Assembly: GCA_964354065.1 (NCBI GenBank)
Contig: CAYGYF010000002.1
Location: 1 to 41,169, forward strand
Direction of reading: 5' to 3'
From: an uncultured Dehalococcoidia bacterium
GTDB taxonomy: Bacteria > Chloroflexota > Dehalococcoidia > SM23-28-2
DNA: 41,169 nucleotides
Shown: positions 7,270 through 17,600 of the stretch, in pieces
How positions within the stretch are numbered: position 1 is the stretch's first letter
How the letters are laid out: every line of letters starts with the position of its first letter
Notes under the pieces: model-generated
Seen by the model: only the letters and a program-made list of their open reading frames with translations
The model's database searches: none
What the model was told of the DNA's origin: nothing
Program-made: the position numbers and the translations under genes

Positions 7270-10023
7270 CTAGAAACGGTTCGGATTTGTGGTTTCCGGA
7301 GCCGGAAGCAGTGTGATCTTGCTGGACGGACTTCCGCCACAGCGGCGCCCGAACCACGCCTTCGTTCCTTCACCCTTGGAGAATATGAGGATCTGGACTT
7401 CGTGGCTCAGCTCGAGGAGCAAGTCAAGGAAGTTCTCAACCCGTATATCGTCCAAATCCACTAAAGGATCGTCCAGGATCAGTGGGATCGGCTCACCCAT
7501 CGAGCTCATGTGTTGGGCAAGGCCTACCCGCAGGAGCAGGTATGCGGCAGCGCGGGTACCCCTGCTGAGCAATTCGACGTCTTCGAGGCGGCGAGTCTCC
7601 GGAACCTCTGTGGTCAGACGTAGGGTGGAGGGATCCAGTAGTACCCGTTGGTACCTGTTCCCGGTGACGCGTGCCAAACCTCCGCTCAGAAAACGCCCAA
7701 CACTCGGCGCGAAGTCGCGATGCGCCTCCGACATGGCCTGGCCGATAACCTCGATGGCGATGGTCAGCTCCTCTCCAAATCTTTCGAGCATGGAGACTTG
7801 CTTTTCGTAGCGCTCGAGCTCCTCTTCGACTTCGGCCCTAGGCCGCAGGCGAGCAAGCTGTGTGTCGATCGTGGTTCGGAGCCCGGTGATGCGGACTTCG
7901 CTTTGATGTAGGTCATCCTGCCGCCGCGAGAGGAGCTCCTCTAAGCTCTCCCGGCTTTCGCTGGTTCGCGCACCCTCCAGAGACGGGTTGCTCGTTCGCA
8001 AGTGCTCAAGCTCCCTTCGCACCTTGTCGAGGGCCGCCTGAAGCTCGCTCGGAGACTGACCCTGCAAGACGATTCCTTTTCTTTCCTCGCTGTCGCGCAA
8101 CCCTTGTCTAGCTTCGTCGTGGAGGCGGCGCCGGCGGCAACCCTCTTCGAATGCCTTGACCAGGTCTTCGAGTGCACCACTCCTCCCAGTGGTTTGGCGG
8201 AGCTGCTCCCCGAGTCCGGACTCCAATCTCCCTAGTCGCTCCTGCTCTCTTTCAAACCGTCCAACCGCCTCCTGAAGCGATGACCGTTCACTCTCCAGAG
8301 ACTGAAGCTGGCTTGCGATGGTCGCGAGTTCGCGGTGGCCCTCCACCCGCTCACAGAACACACGGTACGCTCGCTCCAGGTCGGAGAGGTCGTCCACAAG
8401 GTCCTCAAGCGCCTCACGGAGCCTCTCTGCGGCGAGTTCAGCATTGGACTTCGCAGCCTCAGCCTCGGCTTTCTCCCCCAAGTACTTCCCGACTAGCGGG
8501 GCAATTTCCAGGAACCGCCTGTGACGGTCGAGGACGGCGCTCACCTGATCGGGGCTAAGCGATTCTGGGTGAGCACTTCTCTGTGACTCCTCCGGCTGCG
8601 CCTCCTCGTCCTCCTCAACGTGAACTTCGGTCTCGCGGCGCATCACTCTGCGGAGAACCCAGCGAGCCAGCGCGATCAGCTGCCTCCAGACCCAGCGCAG
8701 CGCCATCATTATGGCGCGACCGACTGCGCGCAGAGCTCGCTGAAACCCACCGACGGGCGGGGCGCGAAGGAGTCGGGTGAGACGCTCCAGGTCGTCTTCC
8801 GACAGCCTCCCGACTTCGCCTTCGAGGCGCTCGTACTCATCCACCAACTCTTGAGCTACCGCCGCAGCGCCGAGGCGCTTTTCCGCGTCCACTGCTACGG
8901 CGCGCAAGCCTTGCCAGGAGGTGACCAGCTCATCGATATCGTTCTTCCGGCCGATGGGGTAGTCACGCAAATGAGCGAGGTCGTGCTCTTTGCGGTCGAG
9001 CTCTTCCTTTTGCCTACCCAGACTCATAAGCCGCGCCCGGGTCTTGTCGATCTCCGCCCGGTCCTTCTCCAGTCCCTCCCGCAGGTCGCAGATGCTCCCC
9101 CAGGTCTTGAGAACGCTGTCTCGTTCGTCCGCTGGAAACTCGGCGAAGTCCCTGTTTTTGTCGACCTCTGCCTGAAGGCGCTCATCCTGGCGGGCCAGCT
9201 CCTCGAGCCGGCCGAGGCGGTCCTCGAGGTCGCCAGCCTCAGCGCTGAGAAGAAGGTAGCGGGTTCGAGAAACTGCTTCTCGCAACTCTCGGGCCCCCTC
9301 AATCGCCTCCTCCAGGCTAGCCGCACGGTCCGCCAGTTCTCCCCGAACCCCATCTATTTCCCGCAGTTCGCGTTCAGCCTCGACGACGCGGCCCCGGGTG
9401 ACAGGAAGCGGCGCAGCTCTGGACCTAGGCGTGCCCACCTGCTCCCGCAGGATGCGGTCCAAGCGACCGATCGCAGACTGCGCTGAGATGTCCCGGCGCG
9501 CCGTGTCGGCTAGGCTGATGATGGTGTCGCCTATTTCCTGTGGCGAGGCTCTACTTTCTTCCGCGATCTCAAACAGCTCGCCCTGAGAGACAAATGCGCA
9601 TGCATCGAACACCCTCTTTGTCATGCCGATTTGTCGCCGCGCGAAGGGCACATTTCCGTGCCGGCCGCGTCCAAAGTCATCCGTCACGTCTCTACCGACC
9701 TCTAGGTCCCAAAGGCTGGTAGGCACGTCCGAGCTGCTGAAGTCTCGCTGCACCCGGTACCTGACACCGTTCTCGAGCTCATACTCTAGCGTCCCGCCGT
9801 ATGGTGGCCCACTCCAGGGGACCAAGCGCTCGCGAGCGGCGTTCTCCGACGCCCGCGCTCGGTCGCTTTCGTAGAAGCCGTAGAGAAGGGCGAATATCGA
9901 CTGCTGTAGTGTGGACTTCGCCGACTCGTTGGGCCCGTGGAAGAGGTGCAACCCCGGCGCTATGTCTTCCCGGAAGTCCCGCAGGCACCCGAAGCCTTCT
10001 ATCTCGATCCGCGTGATTCTCAC
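7270..10023 (-). CDS. SbcC/YhaN-like SMC-type ATPase with long coiled coil
   Basis: N-terminus 'MRITRIEIEGFGCLRDF...GPNESAKST' gives Walker A at ~9910-9936. The middle is a long E/R/L-rich coiled coil. C-terminus 'PLILDDPLVDLDD' is Walker B/D-loop-like. GTGA start/stop overlap with the upstream phosphoesterase gene. Confidence 0.8.
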   Translation of the reverse strand: MRITRIEIEGFGCLRDFREDIAPGLHLFHGPNESAKSTLQQSIFALLYGFYESDRARASENAARERLVPWSGPPYGGTLEYELENGVRYRVQRDFSSSDVPTSLWDLEVGRDVTDDFGRGRHGNVPFARRQIGMTKRVFDACAFVSQGELFEIAEESRASPQEIGDTIISLADTARRDISAQSAIGRLDRILREQVGTPRSRAAPLPVTRGRVVEAERELREIDGVRGELADRAASLEEAIEGARELREAVSRTRYLLLSAEAGDLEDRLGRLEELARQDERLQAEVDKNRDFAEFPADERDSVLKTWGSICDLREGLEKDRAEIDKTRARLMSLGRQKEELDRKEHDLAHLRDYPIGRKNDIDELVTSWQGLRAVAVDAEKRLGAAAVAQELVDEYERLEGEVGRLSEDDLERLTRLLRAPPVGGFQRALRAVGRAIMMALRWVWRQLIALARWVLRRVMRRETEVHVEEDEEAQPEESQRSAHPESLSPDQVSAVLDRHRRFLEIAPLVGKYLGEKAEAEAAKSNAELAAERLREALEDLVDDLSDLERAYRVFCERVEGHRELATIASQLQSLESERSSLQEAVGRFEREQERLGRLESGLGEQLRQTTGRSGALEDLVKAFEEGCRRRRLHDEARQGLRDSEERKGIVLQGQSPSELQAALDKVRRELEHLRTSNPSLEGARTSESRESLEELLSRRQDDLHQSEVRITGLRTTIDTQLARLRPRAEVEEELERYEKQVSMLERFGEELTIAIEVIGQAMSEAHRDFAPSVGRFLSGGLARVTGNRYQRVLLDPSTLRLTTEVPETRRLEDVELLSRGTRAAAYLLLRVGLAQHMSSMGEPIPLILDDPLVDLDDIRVENFLDLLLELSHEVQILIFSKGEGTKAWFGRRCGGSPSSKITLLPAPETTNPNRF

Positions 10024-11147
10024 CGGGGCCGCACCTCCTGGCCCGAAAAGGCTTGCAGCCCGTACCGTAGAGCGTTCTCAAGGATCTCCTTTTCGGCCCC
10101 TTGCGCCCTGTCGATTCGCTCCTGCATAAGCCGGATAAACGCTCCCCGGGTGGTGGCCTCCTCTCGCATTTCCTCTAGGTTGAAGGCGGCCTGGGTCTGA
10201 TCGGCGATCTCTAGGTAGCGGAAATGCTCGGCCGTCGCGGAGAGCAGACCTGCTACGTCGATATCCAGTTCGGGCTCGGCCTGACCTACGAGCAGCACCC
10301 TGACGATATCGGGTGCGGGCGAGCTCTCGCCAGCGAGACGCGCAATGGTCTCGCGGACTTGGTCCGATGTTGACATGCCAGCCACGTCGATGCGCTCCGT
10401 GCGGTAGGAAACCTCGTTGATCTGGACTGGCTCCGCGGTGGCGCTGTGTTCACCCACGCTCAGCAGAAGGACGTAGTGGGGCCCCTCCTCATGGAATCCC
10501 AGCGGTTCGGGATTGCCCGGGTACCCATAGAGAGGTGAGTCAGCCGGGAAAAGACGCATGCCGTGATAGTGTCCGAGCAGCACAAAGGCGGCGCCGCACC
10601 CCTCCACATCGCTCACCTCGAAGGGACAGTGGGCCGCCTTTCGTTCAGGTACTGCTGAAACATCCGAGCCATGAAGCAGGGCGATGGCCGTCTCCGAGCG
10701 ATCCAGATGGAGATCCCGCAGGAGATTGTCCCGGACGGCGGGGCTGTTGTGCCCGACGCCCCAGACTGCTACGCTGCCCGCAAGCGCGACTGGCTGCCAT
10801 TGCATGCTGTCGAAGATGTGCACGTTGGCGGGCCAATCGAGCCGCCGATAGAGGCTATCCGGAACGTATCGGTCGTGGTTGCCTGGAGCGATCAAGACGG
10901 GCCGCGGCGCCAACCGCTCGAATTGGCTCACGATGAAACGGCCTGTGTCAAGCGTGACTCGGTCGTGCTCGTAGAGGTCGCCCCCAACGGTGACAGCATC
11001 GACGTTGCGCTCGAGGGCCAGATCGACGATGCGGCGGAGGACGCTCCGGAGTTCTTCACGCCGCCTACTGGCCTCGCTCGAGGCCATGCCAACGCCTGCA
11101 AACGAGCAGTCTAAGTGAACGTCAGCGAAGTGCAGAATCTTTACCAC
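10020..11147 (-). CDS. SbcD/Mre11/YhaO-like metallophosphoesterase nuclease
   Basis: 'VKILHFADVHLD', 'GGDLYEH', 'GNHD' (10872-10883) and 'LLHGS' are calcineurin-like phosphoesterase motifs I-IV. GTG start. Confidence 0.85.
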   Translation of the reverse strand: MVKILHFADVHLDCSFAGVGMASSEASRRREELRSVLRRIVDLALERNVDAVTVGGDLYEHDRVTLDTGRFIVSQFERLAPRPVLIAPGNHDRYVPDSLYRRLDWPANVHIFDSMQWQPVALAGSVAVWGVGHNSPAVRDNLLRDLHLDRSETAIALLHGSDVSAVPERKAAHCPFEVSDVEGCGAAFVLLGHYHGMRLFPADSPLYGYPGNPEPLGFHEEGPHYVLLLSVGEHSATAEPVQINEVSYRTERIDVAGMSTSDQVRETIARLAGESSPAPDIVRVLLVGQAEPELDIDVAGLLSATAEHFRYLEIADQTQAAFNLEEMREEATTRGAFIRLMQERIDRAQGAEKEILENALRYGLQAFSGQEVRPR

Positions 11148-11394
11148 TGCCCCAGTCCTGACCAGGAGCGCATCAGTCCGGCGCCTGATACTGCGGATGC
11201 ATCGTATCGCGCCACCCTTTTTGGCCTAGTTCAGCGACCTCGTCTGCCCTCTCCGATTGGCCCCCTGCGACGGTCTTTCGTTCGCACTTCTCTTGGCGGA
11301 TCCGTGCTGCACCTTGCGGGCTACTGTTCGGGGTCTTTCGGCGCCATCGCATCTACCAGGCAGGGATAGAATATCACGTTGGAAGTCGGCGAAG

Positions 11395-11422
11395 CACGCA
11401 GTTCGTGCATCGAAGATTGGAC
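11395..11422 (+). repeat. dispersed repeat 'R2', 3'-core-only copy B
   Basis: CACGCAGTTCGTGCATCGAAGATTGGAC matches the 3' box of the 7076 and 14518 copies. No 5' box upstream. Confidence 0.55.
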
Positions 11423-11544
11423 GATCCCGCCGCGGGTCGTGACGAGCTTCTCAACTGCTGCAGGTGCCACTCTGCGGCATTGGCCGCCACACCGACAAAG
11501 ACGGCCTGGGCCTACCGACAGCGGCGATCCGCCCGACGGCCTGC

Positions 11545-11789
11545 TGTGGGGTGCCAAAACCTCATCCGTATGTAGAGCGTTGCTCCGCTGGCTCAGGCAG
11601 CTCAACGTGTCAACGGTGCAGATACGGATAGAGTTTTGACACCCCACACCCATGGGGCCGCCTCTTCGGGCTGCCCCGCCATCGGTGGGGCGGATCAGCG
11701 CTCGACCGGTCCTGGGTGGTCTGCACCACGAGTACGATTGGGTGGCCGCTTGATCAGGGAAGACGCGGATGGAATATTGGCACCCCACA
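11545..11789 (+). mobile_element. composite IS remnant: 104-bp palindromic mini-element (11545-11648) plus a 141-bp transposase 3' end with IRR (11649-11789)
   Basis: TGTGGGGTGCCAAAACCTCATCCGTAT at 11545. The reverse complement of 11622-11648 is TGTGGGGTGTCAAAACTCTATCCGTAT, an IRL-type end in inverted orientation. 11649-11789 encodes 'RPVLGGLHHEYDWVAA*' and ends with GGAATATTGGCACCCCACA, the same IRR as at 7041. Confidence 0.7.
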
Positions 11790-12141
11790 GCCGCCTTGAC
11801 CGGCGTCGTCTCAATTGTCCCTCAGATAGCCCCTTGGGGGCCGCCTTCATTCTCTACTCCAGCAGCGCCGCCACCTTGCGCCACCCCTTGTCCTCCTCGC
11901 CCTCCAGGCGCCCCGGTCTTCCCGCAGGCTCGGCTCAGCTGATCTCGATGGGAAACTTGTGGGCGGCGGAGTCGGCCAGCCCCCTGGCTCAGTGGACGTA
12001 GCGCTTAAAAGGCCACACCCTCTAGCCCTCCTTCGCAGCAGTCCAGGATGCGGTCACGCCTAGCCGCTCCTCGCCCATACTCCATGGTTCGGGCGGCGTG
12101 CGGCTGGTTCCACCACGTGTGAGCGGTTCCAGGCGGCTGCC

Positions 12142-13152
12142 CTAACCATTGCCTACTCCTGCCACCTCCGGTTGCTTGTAGCGTTCAGCGTTGTCACGAC
12201 AGTGCTGCCGAACGGCCTCCACCCAGCGTTGATACCAGTACCAAAGCCCGCCCAAATCGACGCCGTAGCCCTTGCCCGGATTTTTTGCGTCCAGCGACCT
12301 CCATAGAAGGGTATGCTGGTGCGGACCGAAACCGATATAGCCCTCTTCATGCATGAGTCGCAGGACATCCTTCCTGAGATACTTGGGCTTTTCGACCTCC
12401 TTTTGGACCCAGTATTGCTTGTCGATTTGCTGGGCAAGTTCTGAGCTAGGGGAAATGAACTCGACCACCTGATCAGCCTGGCCTGCCTTGCCGGTGAGTT
12501 TTTGCGCAAATAGGAGTCGATAAGAGTATTGCGGACTATTGAATTCGTCCTGGGTCAGTTGGCCGTCGAAGTCCGCGATGTAAGCTCTTAGACGTTCCGG
12601 GATCTCTTCGGCTGCTGCCAACACCTCCACCTGGTCCCTCGACAGTTCGACGAGCTGCAGACTATAAGTTAGATGCGCGTCTAACCCATATTGCTCGCCA
12701 AACAGTTCCTTCAAATAACGGTTGTAGTTTAGACAGCACGCTTGATAGCGGCCGCTCAGATAGGTGTCCAACCTCAATGTCATCTGGTGCTCGATCTCGT
12801 GCCTGAGCCCGATCAGGAACTTGAGATTGTTCCTCGTGTTCTTGTCCAAGGGGCACCCGTCATCATCAAGACAGCGTTCGAGCTCCCAGTACTTGTACGC
12901 GCCTCGTTTGGTCCGATCGAAGCGCCGCCTCTGGGTGCGTAGGGTGAAGTAGCGGTACTCGACTCCTACCCGGCGGTAGTACGCGTGTAGCAGATACGTC
13001 CAGGCGATGACCATTAAGACAATGAAGGTCTCCGACTTGAACTGGGTCAGCGGGCTGTTGAACGTCTGGACAGCTGACAGGGCCGCCTCCTGTGACTTCG
13101 CCAGAAGTTCAGCCCGGATCGAGTAGACGCGACGGTGACGCTTCATGGACAC
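12142..13152 (-). CDS. DUF3644-like protein with R-x4-H motif (possible HEPN-type)
   Basis: 336-aa ORF at ~53% GC (hand count 12481-12580), against ~65-70% nearby. 'KSQEAALSAVQTFNSPLTQFKSETFIVLMVIAWTYLLHAYY' resembles the DUF3644 N-terminus as I recall it. 'LIGLRHEIEHQ' (12787-12804) is an R-x4-H motif. Start is GTG 13152 or ATG 13146. Confidence 0.55.
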   Translation of the reverse strand: MSMKRHRRVYSIRAELLAKSQEAALSAVQTFNSPLTQFKSETFIVLMVIAWTYLLHAYYRRVGVEYRYFTLRTQRRRFDRTKRGAYKYWELERCLDDDGCPLDKNTRNNLKFLIGLRHEIEHQMTLRLDTYLSGRYQACCLNYNRYLKELFGEQYGLDAHLTYSLQLVELSRDQVEVLAAAEEIPERLRAYIADFDGQLTQDEFNSPQYSYRLLFAQKLTGKAGQADQVVEFISPSSELAQQIDKQYWVQKEVEKPKYLRKDVLRLMHEEGYIGFGPHQHTLLWRSLDAKNPGKGYGVDLGGLWYWYQRWVEAVRQHCRDNAERYKQPEVAGVGNG

Positions 13153-13234
13153 GCCTCAGCGTAAGACGTGTCCGTCAGACGGACGGCTGCCTCCTTGTCC
13201 ACGTACGGCTCGTTCCATGTGACAGTTGGTAAGC

Positions 13235-14188
13235 TCACTTCGCGCCCTCCGAAGGCCCGAAATCGGTCTTGAGCTGGGAAGCCAGATGGCCAAGAAGCTC
13301 GAGAAGGCGCTCGACCTCGTCGCGATCTAGAGGGTAGAGCCGTCCCTTGAGATGCGAATACCCTGGTACCTTGGCAACAAACTCTTCGTCAACGACGCCT
13401 AGGTTGTGCTCGTAGATGTGGCGCACCTGGAACAGGCGGACCAGATCGTCGAAGCCGTCCGCTCCAAGGCGTGCACCTACCCCAACCCCTCTCGCCTTCT
13501 CGAGGGAACGGTCTAGAGCTGCTATGTTCTGGAAAAGATTCTTGGGCCTGTCCGGGAGGATTTCCGGCCGCGCCTGGCGCAGCTTCTTGCCAAGGGCGTC
13601 AAACGCCGCCACAGCGCTGCCAAGGGCGTCCACCAGGATTGCCTTCACCAATTCCTGGTCGTCAGCCGTCTCCGGGAGGTCAAGCAGATGCAGCCGCCGG
13701 CGACAGACCTCTAGGCACGCATCGAAGACTTCGAATGCATTGAGCTGGCCGCAGTCCGGACAGAAGGCGAAGATGCCAAAGACAGCGAATTCGAGCCCGC
13801 AGGTGTTGCAGGTGACCGGCGTCTCGACATCACTTTCGCGATAGGAGTAGATGCGAAAGCTAGGCGTGCTGACCGAGAATTTGACAGTGATCAGCGAGTT
13901 CCGTGAGGGCCGATTTAAGCTCTCTATGCTGCGTCTGAAGTCCTGGAGCATGGGCTCCAGGACTTGCTTGGCCACAATACTCTTCGCGTATTCCACTTGG
14001 TCCGGCGTGAGGAAGTCGGACGAGTCTGCTCGCGTCCCGCAGTAGGGACATCCGCAATCCTCGATCGGAAGGCCAGTTCCGGGTTTGAGTTTGAAATACT
14101 GGCCGCACTCCGGCGAGGGGCATCGCCGCCCCACCATGCCTTTCTCGTCGGTTGGGAGGCTCACTCGGATAGTCCTGTCACCCATCAT
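13235..14188 (-). CDS. double zinc-ribbon protein with C-terminal R-x4-H (HEPN-like) helical domain
   Basis: 317-aa ORF. It has two CxxC...CxxC units: 'CPSPEC...CPYCG' and 'CNTCG...CPDCG'. C-terminal helical half has 'FQVRHIYEHNLG' (13406-13423). No family recognised. Confidence 0.6.
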   Translation of the reverse strand: MMGDRTIRVSLPTDEKGMVGRRCPSPECGQYFKLKPGTGLPIEDCGCPYCGTRADSSDFLTPDQVEYAKSIVAKQVLEPMLQDFRRSIESLNRPSRNSLITVKFSVSTPSFRIYSYRESDVETPVTCNTCGLEFAVFGIFAFCPDCGQLNAFEVFDACLEVCRRRLHLLDLPETADDQELVKAILVDALGSAVAAFDALGKKLRQARPEILPDRPKNLFQNIAALDRSLEKARGVGVGARLGADGFDDLVRLFQVRHIYEHNLGVVDEEFVAKVPGYSHLKGRLYPLDRDEVERLLELLGHLASQLKTDFGPSEGAK

Positions 14189-14517
14189 TCCCGGCTATCC
14201 CCTGCGGCAGCGGGAGATGCAGCCACCTTTACACGCGCCTGCGCAATCCCTCAGCCTCTATCTCCAGAAGCCCGCCCAGCCGCCGCGCCGCAACGACCCG
14301 CACGGGCTCAGGCCAAAACGGCCCTTCGAGAATGGCACCAGGCGTCGGAAGTCCGTTATTGCCCATCGGTGATCAGTGGGACACGGCCGTTGTCGCATTC
14401 GGATTATACCCATTGGCCCCAAAAGATGATAGCGACCAGAACAGAGTTTCGTGGCCTCGCCACGATTGTACCCGCTGGCGGGCCGCCTAACGGAAGTTGC
14501 GAGCCCCTCGACGTTGG

Positions 14518-14605
14518 CCTGCTCCGCGGGCAGGCTCTCCCCGACCACAGGACGTGGCACAGGGGGAGTCGGGAGGCTGGCGGTTCGTACATCGAAAGAC
14601 TGGAT
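14518..14605 (+). repeat. dispersed repeat 'R2', copy C (full length)
   Basis: CCTGCTCCGCGGGCAGGCTCTC, then 41 nt, then CGGTTCGTACATCGAAAGACTGGA. Its 3' box ends ~35 nt from the DUF499 stop codon (gene 3' side). Confidence 0.75.
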
Positions 14606-14639
14606 GTCACAGGCCTCGCGTAATCTCTGCCAATCGGAG

Positions 14640-17600
14640 TTAGTAACCATCGCCAAATTCTAGCTTCGGGCAGGCCTTCTTTAGCTCTTCGTTCAGTCTC
14701 ATGAGTTGGGCCGCCATCGGCTGGACTCCGTCGCCTAGTTCTAGCCGCAAGAAGAAGCGGAGATTTAGGCCAGCCCCGGTCTTGATGATGTCCGCCAGGC
14801 CATCAACGAGGTCTTGGAGCTCGGCCGGCTCGAGTTCGGCCTCTGTCGTAAAGCCTCGCGGGGGCGGTGGAGGCGGCGGTGCTTCTGTCGGCACGCTGAG
14901 CCGCACCAACGGCGACCCGGACCACTCGCACGGCCATGGCCCGGAGTCCGGCGTGCGCTCCAGATAGCGGGCCCGAATGGCGGAATCGATAGCCGACCGG
15001 ACGGTTGTCCAGGGAAGTGTCTTGCCAACTGTGACCGACAGCGCATCGCTGATGGCTGCTGCAGTGGTGATAGGTTCCCCCCAGGCAGCCTCAAGATTCT
15101 GGGGTAGGACAGCCGTCGCCAGGAGCTCTGCTGGCGGCGGGTGTAGCAGAGCGGTATCACTCAGAACACCGTAGGGGATGTCCTCGCGGTAGATGCTGGC
15201 CGGACCCGCCGTGAGCCACACCGCCCCCGCCCTGACGCCCTCCTGGATGGCGTTCTCGACCACCTCTTTCGCTGCCTTGGGAACAGGGAATGCTTCCTCG
15301 TAGCCCTCGCGCTGCACCTTGCTGACATGCGAGCCGTCGAAGAAGGCCAGCACCTGCCCCACCGAGATCGACCCTCCATCTTCGGGCCAGAGTCCTGGCA
15401 GTGCGCCAGGCACGAGGAGCGTGCCGTCAAGGTCAGTGAGTTCGGCCGCTTCGGGCAGCACCACTTCCAGGTCTCGCTCCCGAAGGTCGCCCTCCGTCGG
15501 CTGAGCCCGCCAGATGGTGCGCACGCTCTTGTCAGGACGGGGAAGCCGCAGCACAAAGTACCCCTGTTCAACACCGAGAGCGAGTGTGTCGGCGATGTCC
15601 TTCTGCCGGAGCATCTTCGGCAAGTGCGGGAACTGAGCGAACGCGGTCACCAAGTCGCTGGCCCGACGTGATGTCTCCTCTTCTCGCCAGAGCGCATAGG
15701 GGCCATCGGGCAGGAGGGCCTCCGGGCTGATAGCGGACTCCTGGATGCGTGAGCGCTTGTCGTTCTTCACAACTTCAAAGATGGGCTCGCCGGTTGCCGT
15801 TACTCGGAAAGCCTCCACCTCGCCCTTGGCCGCAACAGTGACCACAATGCAGTAGGTCTGGACGAGGGCGTCGGGGATCCTCTTCCGCGCCTCATCGGTG
15901 TAACCGGACAGAAGCACCTTGCGCACATCGTCGAAGTCTTTCGCCTCGGGGAGATTCCGAACTTCCTCCCAGCCCATGTAGTCACGCACTCGACTGCGGA
16001 CCAGTTCGAGCCCCTCTCTGGAAGGGACGACCAGCAAGATAGCGTTGCGATAGACGCGCGGACGATCTGGGCCGGTCGTTTCATCGATGAACCGTCGGGA
16101 CTCAGCGCTCGGCTTGCCAGCCTCCGAGGCTGCCCGAGGCCCAAGGACCACGTAGTGGAACTCGCCGTCATCCTGAACGTCTCGGGGATGGTCGGGCAGG
16201 TTGTGCACCCGGGCACCTGCTGCCGCTGCGCCGGCAGTCAAACGCTTCTCCCTGGCAATCCAATCCCGCAGGGTCATTTCGATGACCTCCGGGGGCCCAA
16301 CACGGGCGCAAGCGTCACTGTGCATTTGGCGCAGGTTGGGTCTGGTGCCAAGGCGCCACCACTTGGGAAGCTCCAGCACAGCAGCCCCGGTTCCATCGGT
16401 GGCCCCGGCGATCGCCGCTTCGTCCAAGAAGTAGGAGACCTCCGTCCAGCGACGCAGCGCCTTCTCCAGCTCGATCTTGTCTGGCTTGGCAGCTCCTAGT
16501 AGCACGAGCAAGTCGCGGGTGAGGGCTCGCTGGCCGATAGGCTGGGAATGCAGGAATGTCGCCATCACGGCTTGTTCCACTTCGCGCCCCTTGAGCGCCG
16601 GGAACTCACCCTGAGTGTCCCTCGTCTTGGCCAGCTCCCCTTCCAAGATAGCCGCCCATTCCTGGCGCTTGCCCTCGTACGCCTCTGAAGCCGCAATGGA
16701 GGTCAACTCGCGGGCGGCTTCGGAAAGGCCAGGGCTGCCGGGCGTGTTGAGCAGGACGTTGGCCCCCACAAGTGGCGACGTGTCCCACTTCTCGGCGGCG
16801 CGCAGGGCCATAGCGAAGGTTCGGAGCACGCCTCGGGTGCGCTGAAACCCCTCCAACTGGGTCCATTTGGTGTACAGGGCTTCCGTCAACTCCGGATGGA
16901 ACGGGTAGCTGGCGAGGTAGCGTTCCTCTTCTGCCTGTCGGTTCTTGCGGGTACCCTCGTCCAGCACCGAGATGCCCTCCAGTGCTGCGACGACGTGGGG
17001 CAGGAAGCGTTCCCGGTCGCGGATCGACTCAGCCGTGAAGAACCGTCGCCGGAGGATCTCCGCCACATCTTGCTTCTCGACGGGTTGGACACCCTCCTCC
17101 CTCTCGCGGCGGAAGATAGCGTACAGCTCTTGGGCGATCTCCTTCCCAAGCTCGTCGCTCTTACGCGGCTCAGTGGCGAGGAGGGACGCCACGATGCAGG
17201 CTCGATCCACCTTGGTGGCCGCCTGAGTCAACGCCTGAAAGAAATCCTGGAGGCGGTGCCGCCATTGCGTATCCAGCCCCACCTTCTCGCGGGCGTACAT
17301 CAGCACTTCGTCGATCAGGATGAGGGTGGCGAGCCCGTCGCGAGCCGGCCACTCCAGAAGGTCGCGCACCAGGTTCTCCGCTGGCGGTGTCTCTCGTTCC
17401 TCATCCTTCTCCTCGGCGTTAAGCAGGCGCAGGCCGTCGGCGCCGGCGATCTGGAACGCGAGCACGCTCCACGGGTGCCACAAACGCCGCGCCTCTCCAT
17501 TCGGGCCGTGCACCTCCATCCCCTTTTCCACATCCAGCTTGTCGAAGCAAAGGGAGACGATGCGGGCCTTCGGCGGCGTGATGCCTCCAGCGTGCTGCCG

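Noticed and set aside
14258-14656. 132-aa - strand ORF spanning R2 copy C, and the recurring peptide 'ESLPAEQ' / 'IFDARTA' in R2 reverse-strand translations
   Set aside because: Several frames on both strands look equally conserved, because the conservation is at nucleotide level. Copies A, D, E and F carry stops in those frames. It could be an old HTH/transposase 5' remnant, but there is no consistent ORF.
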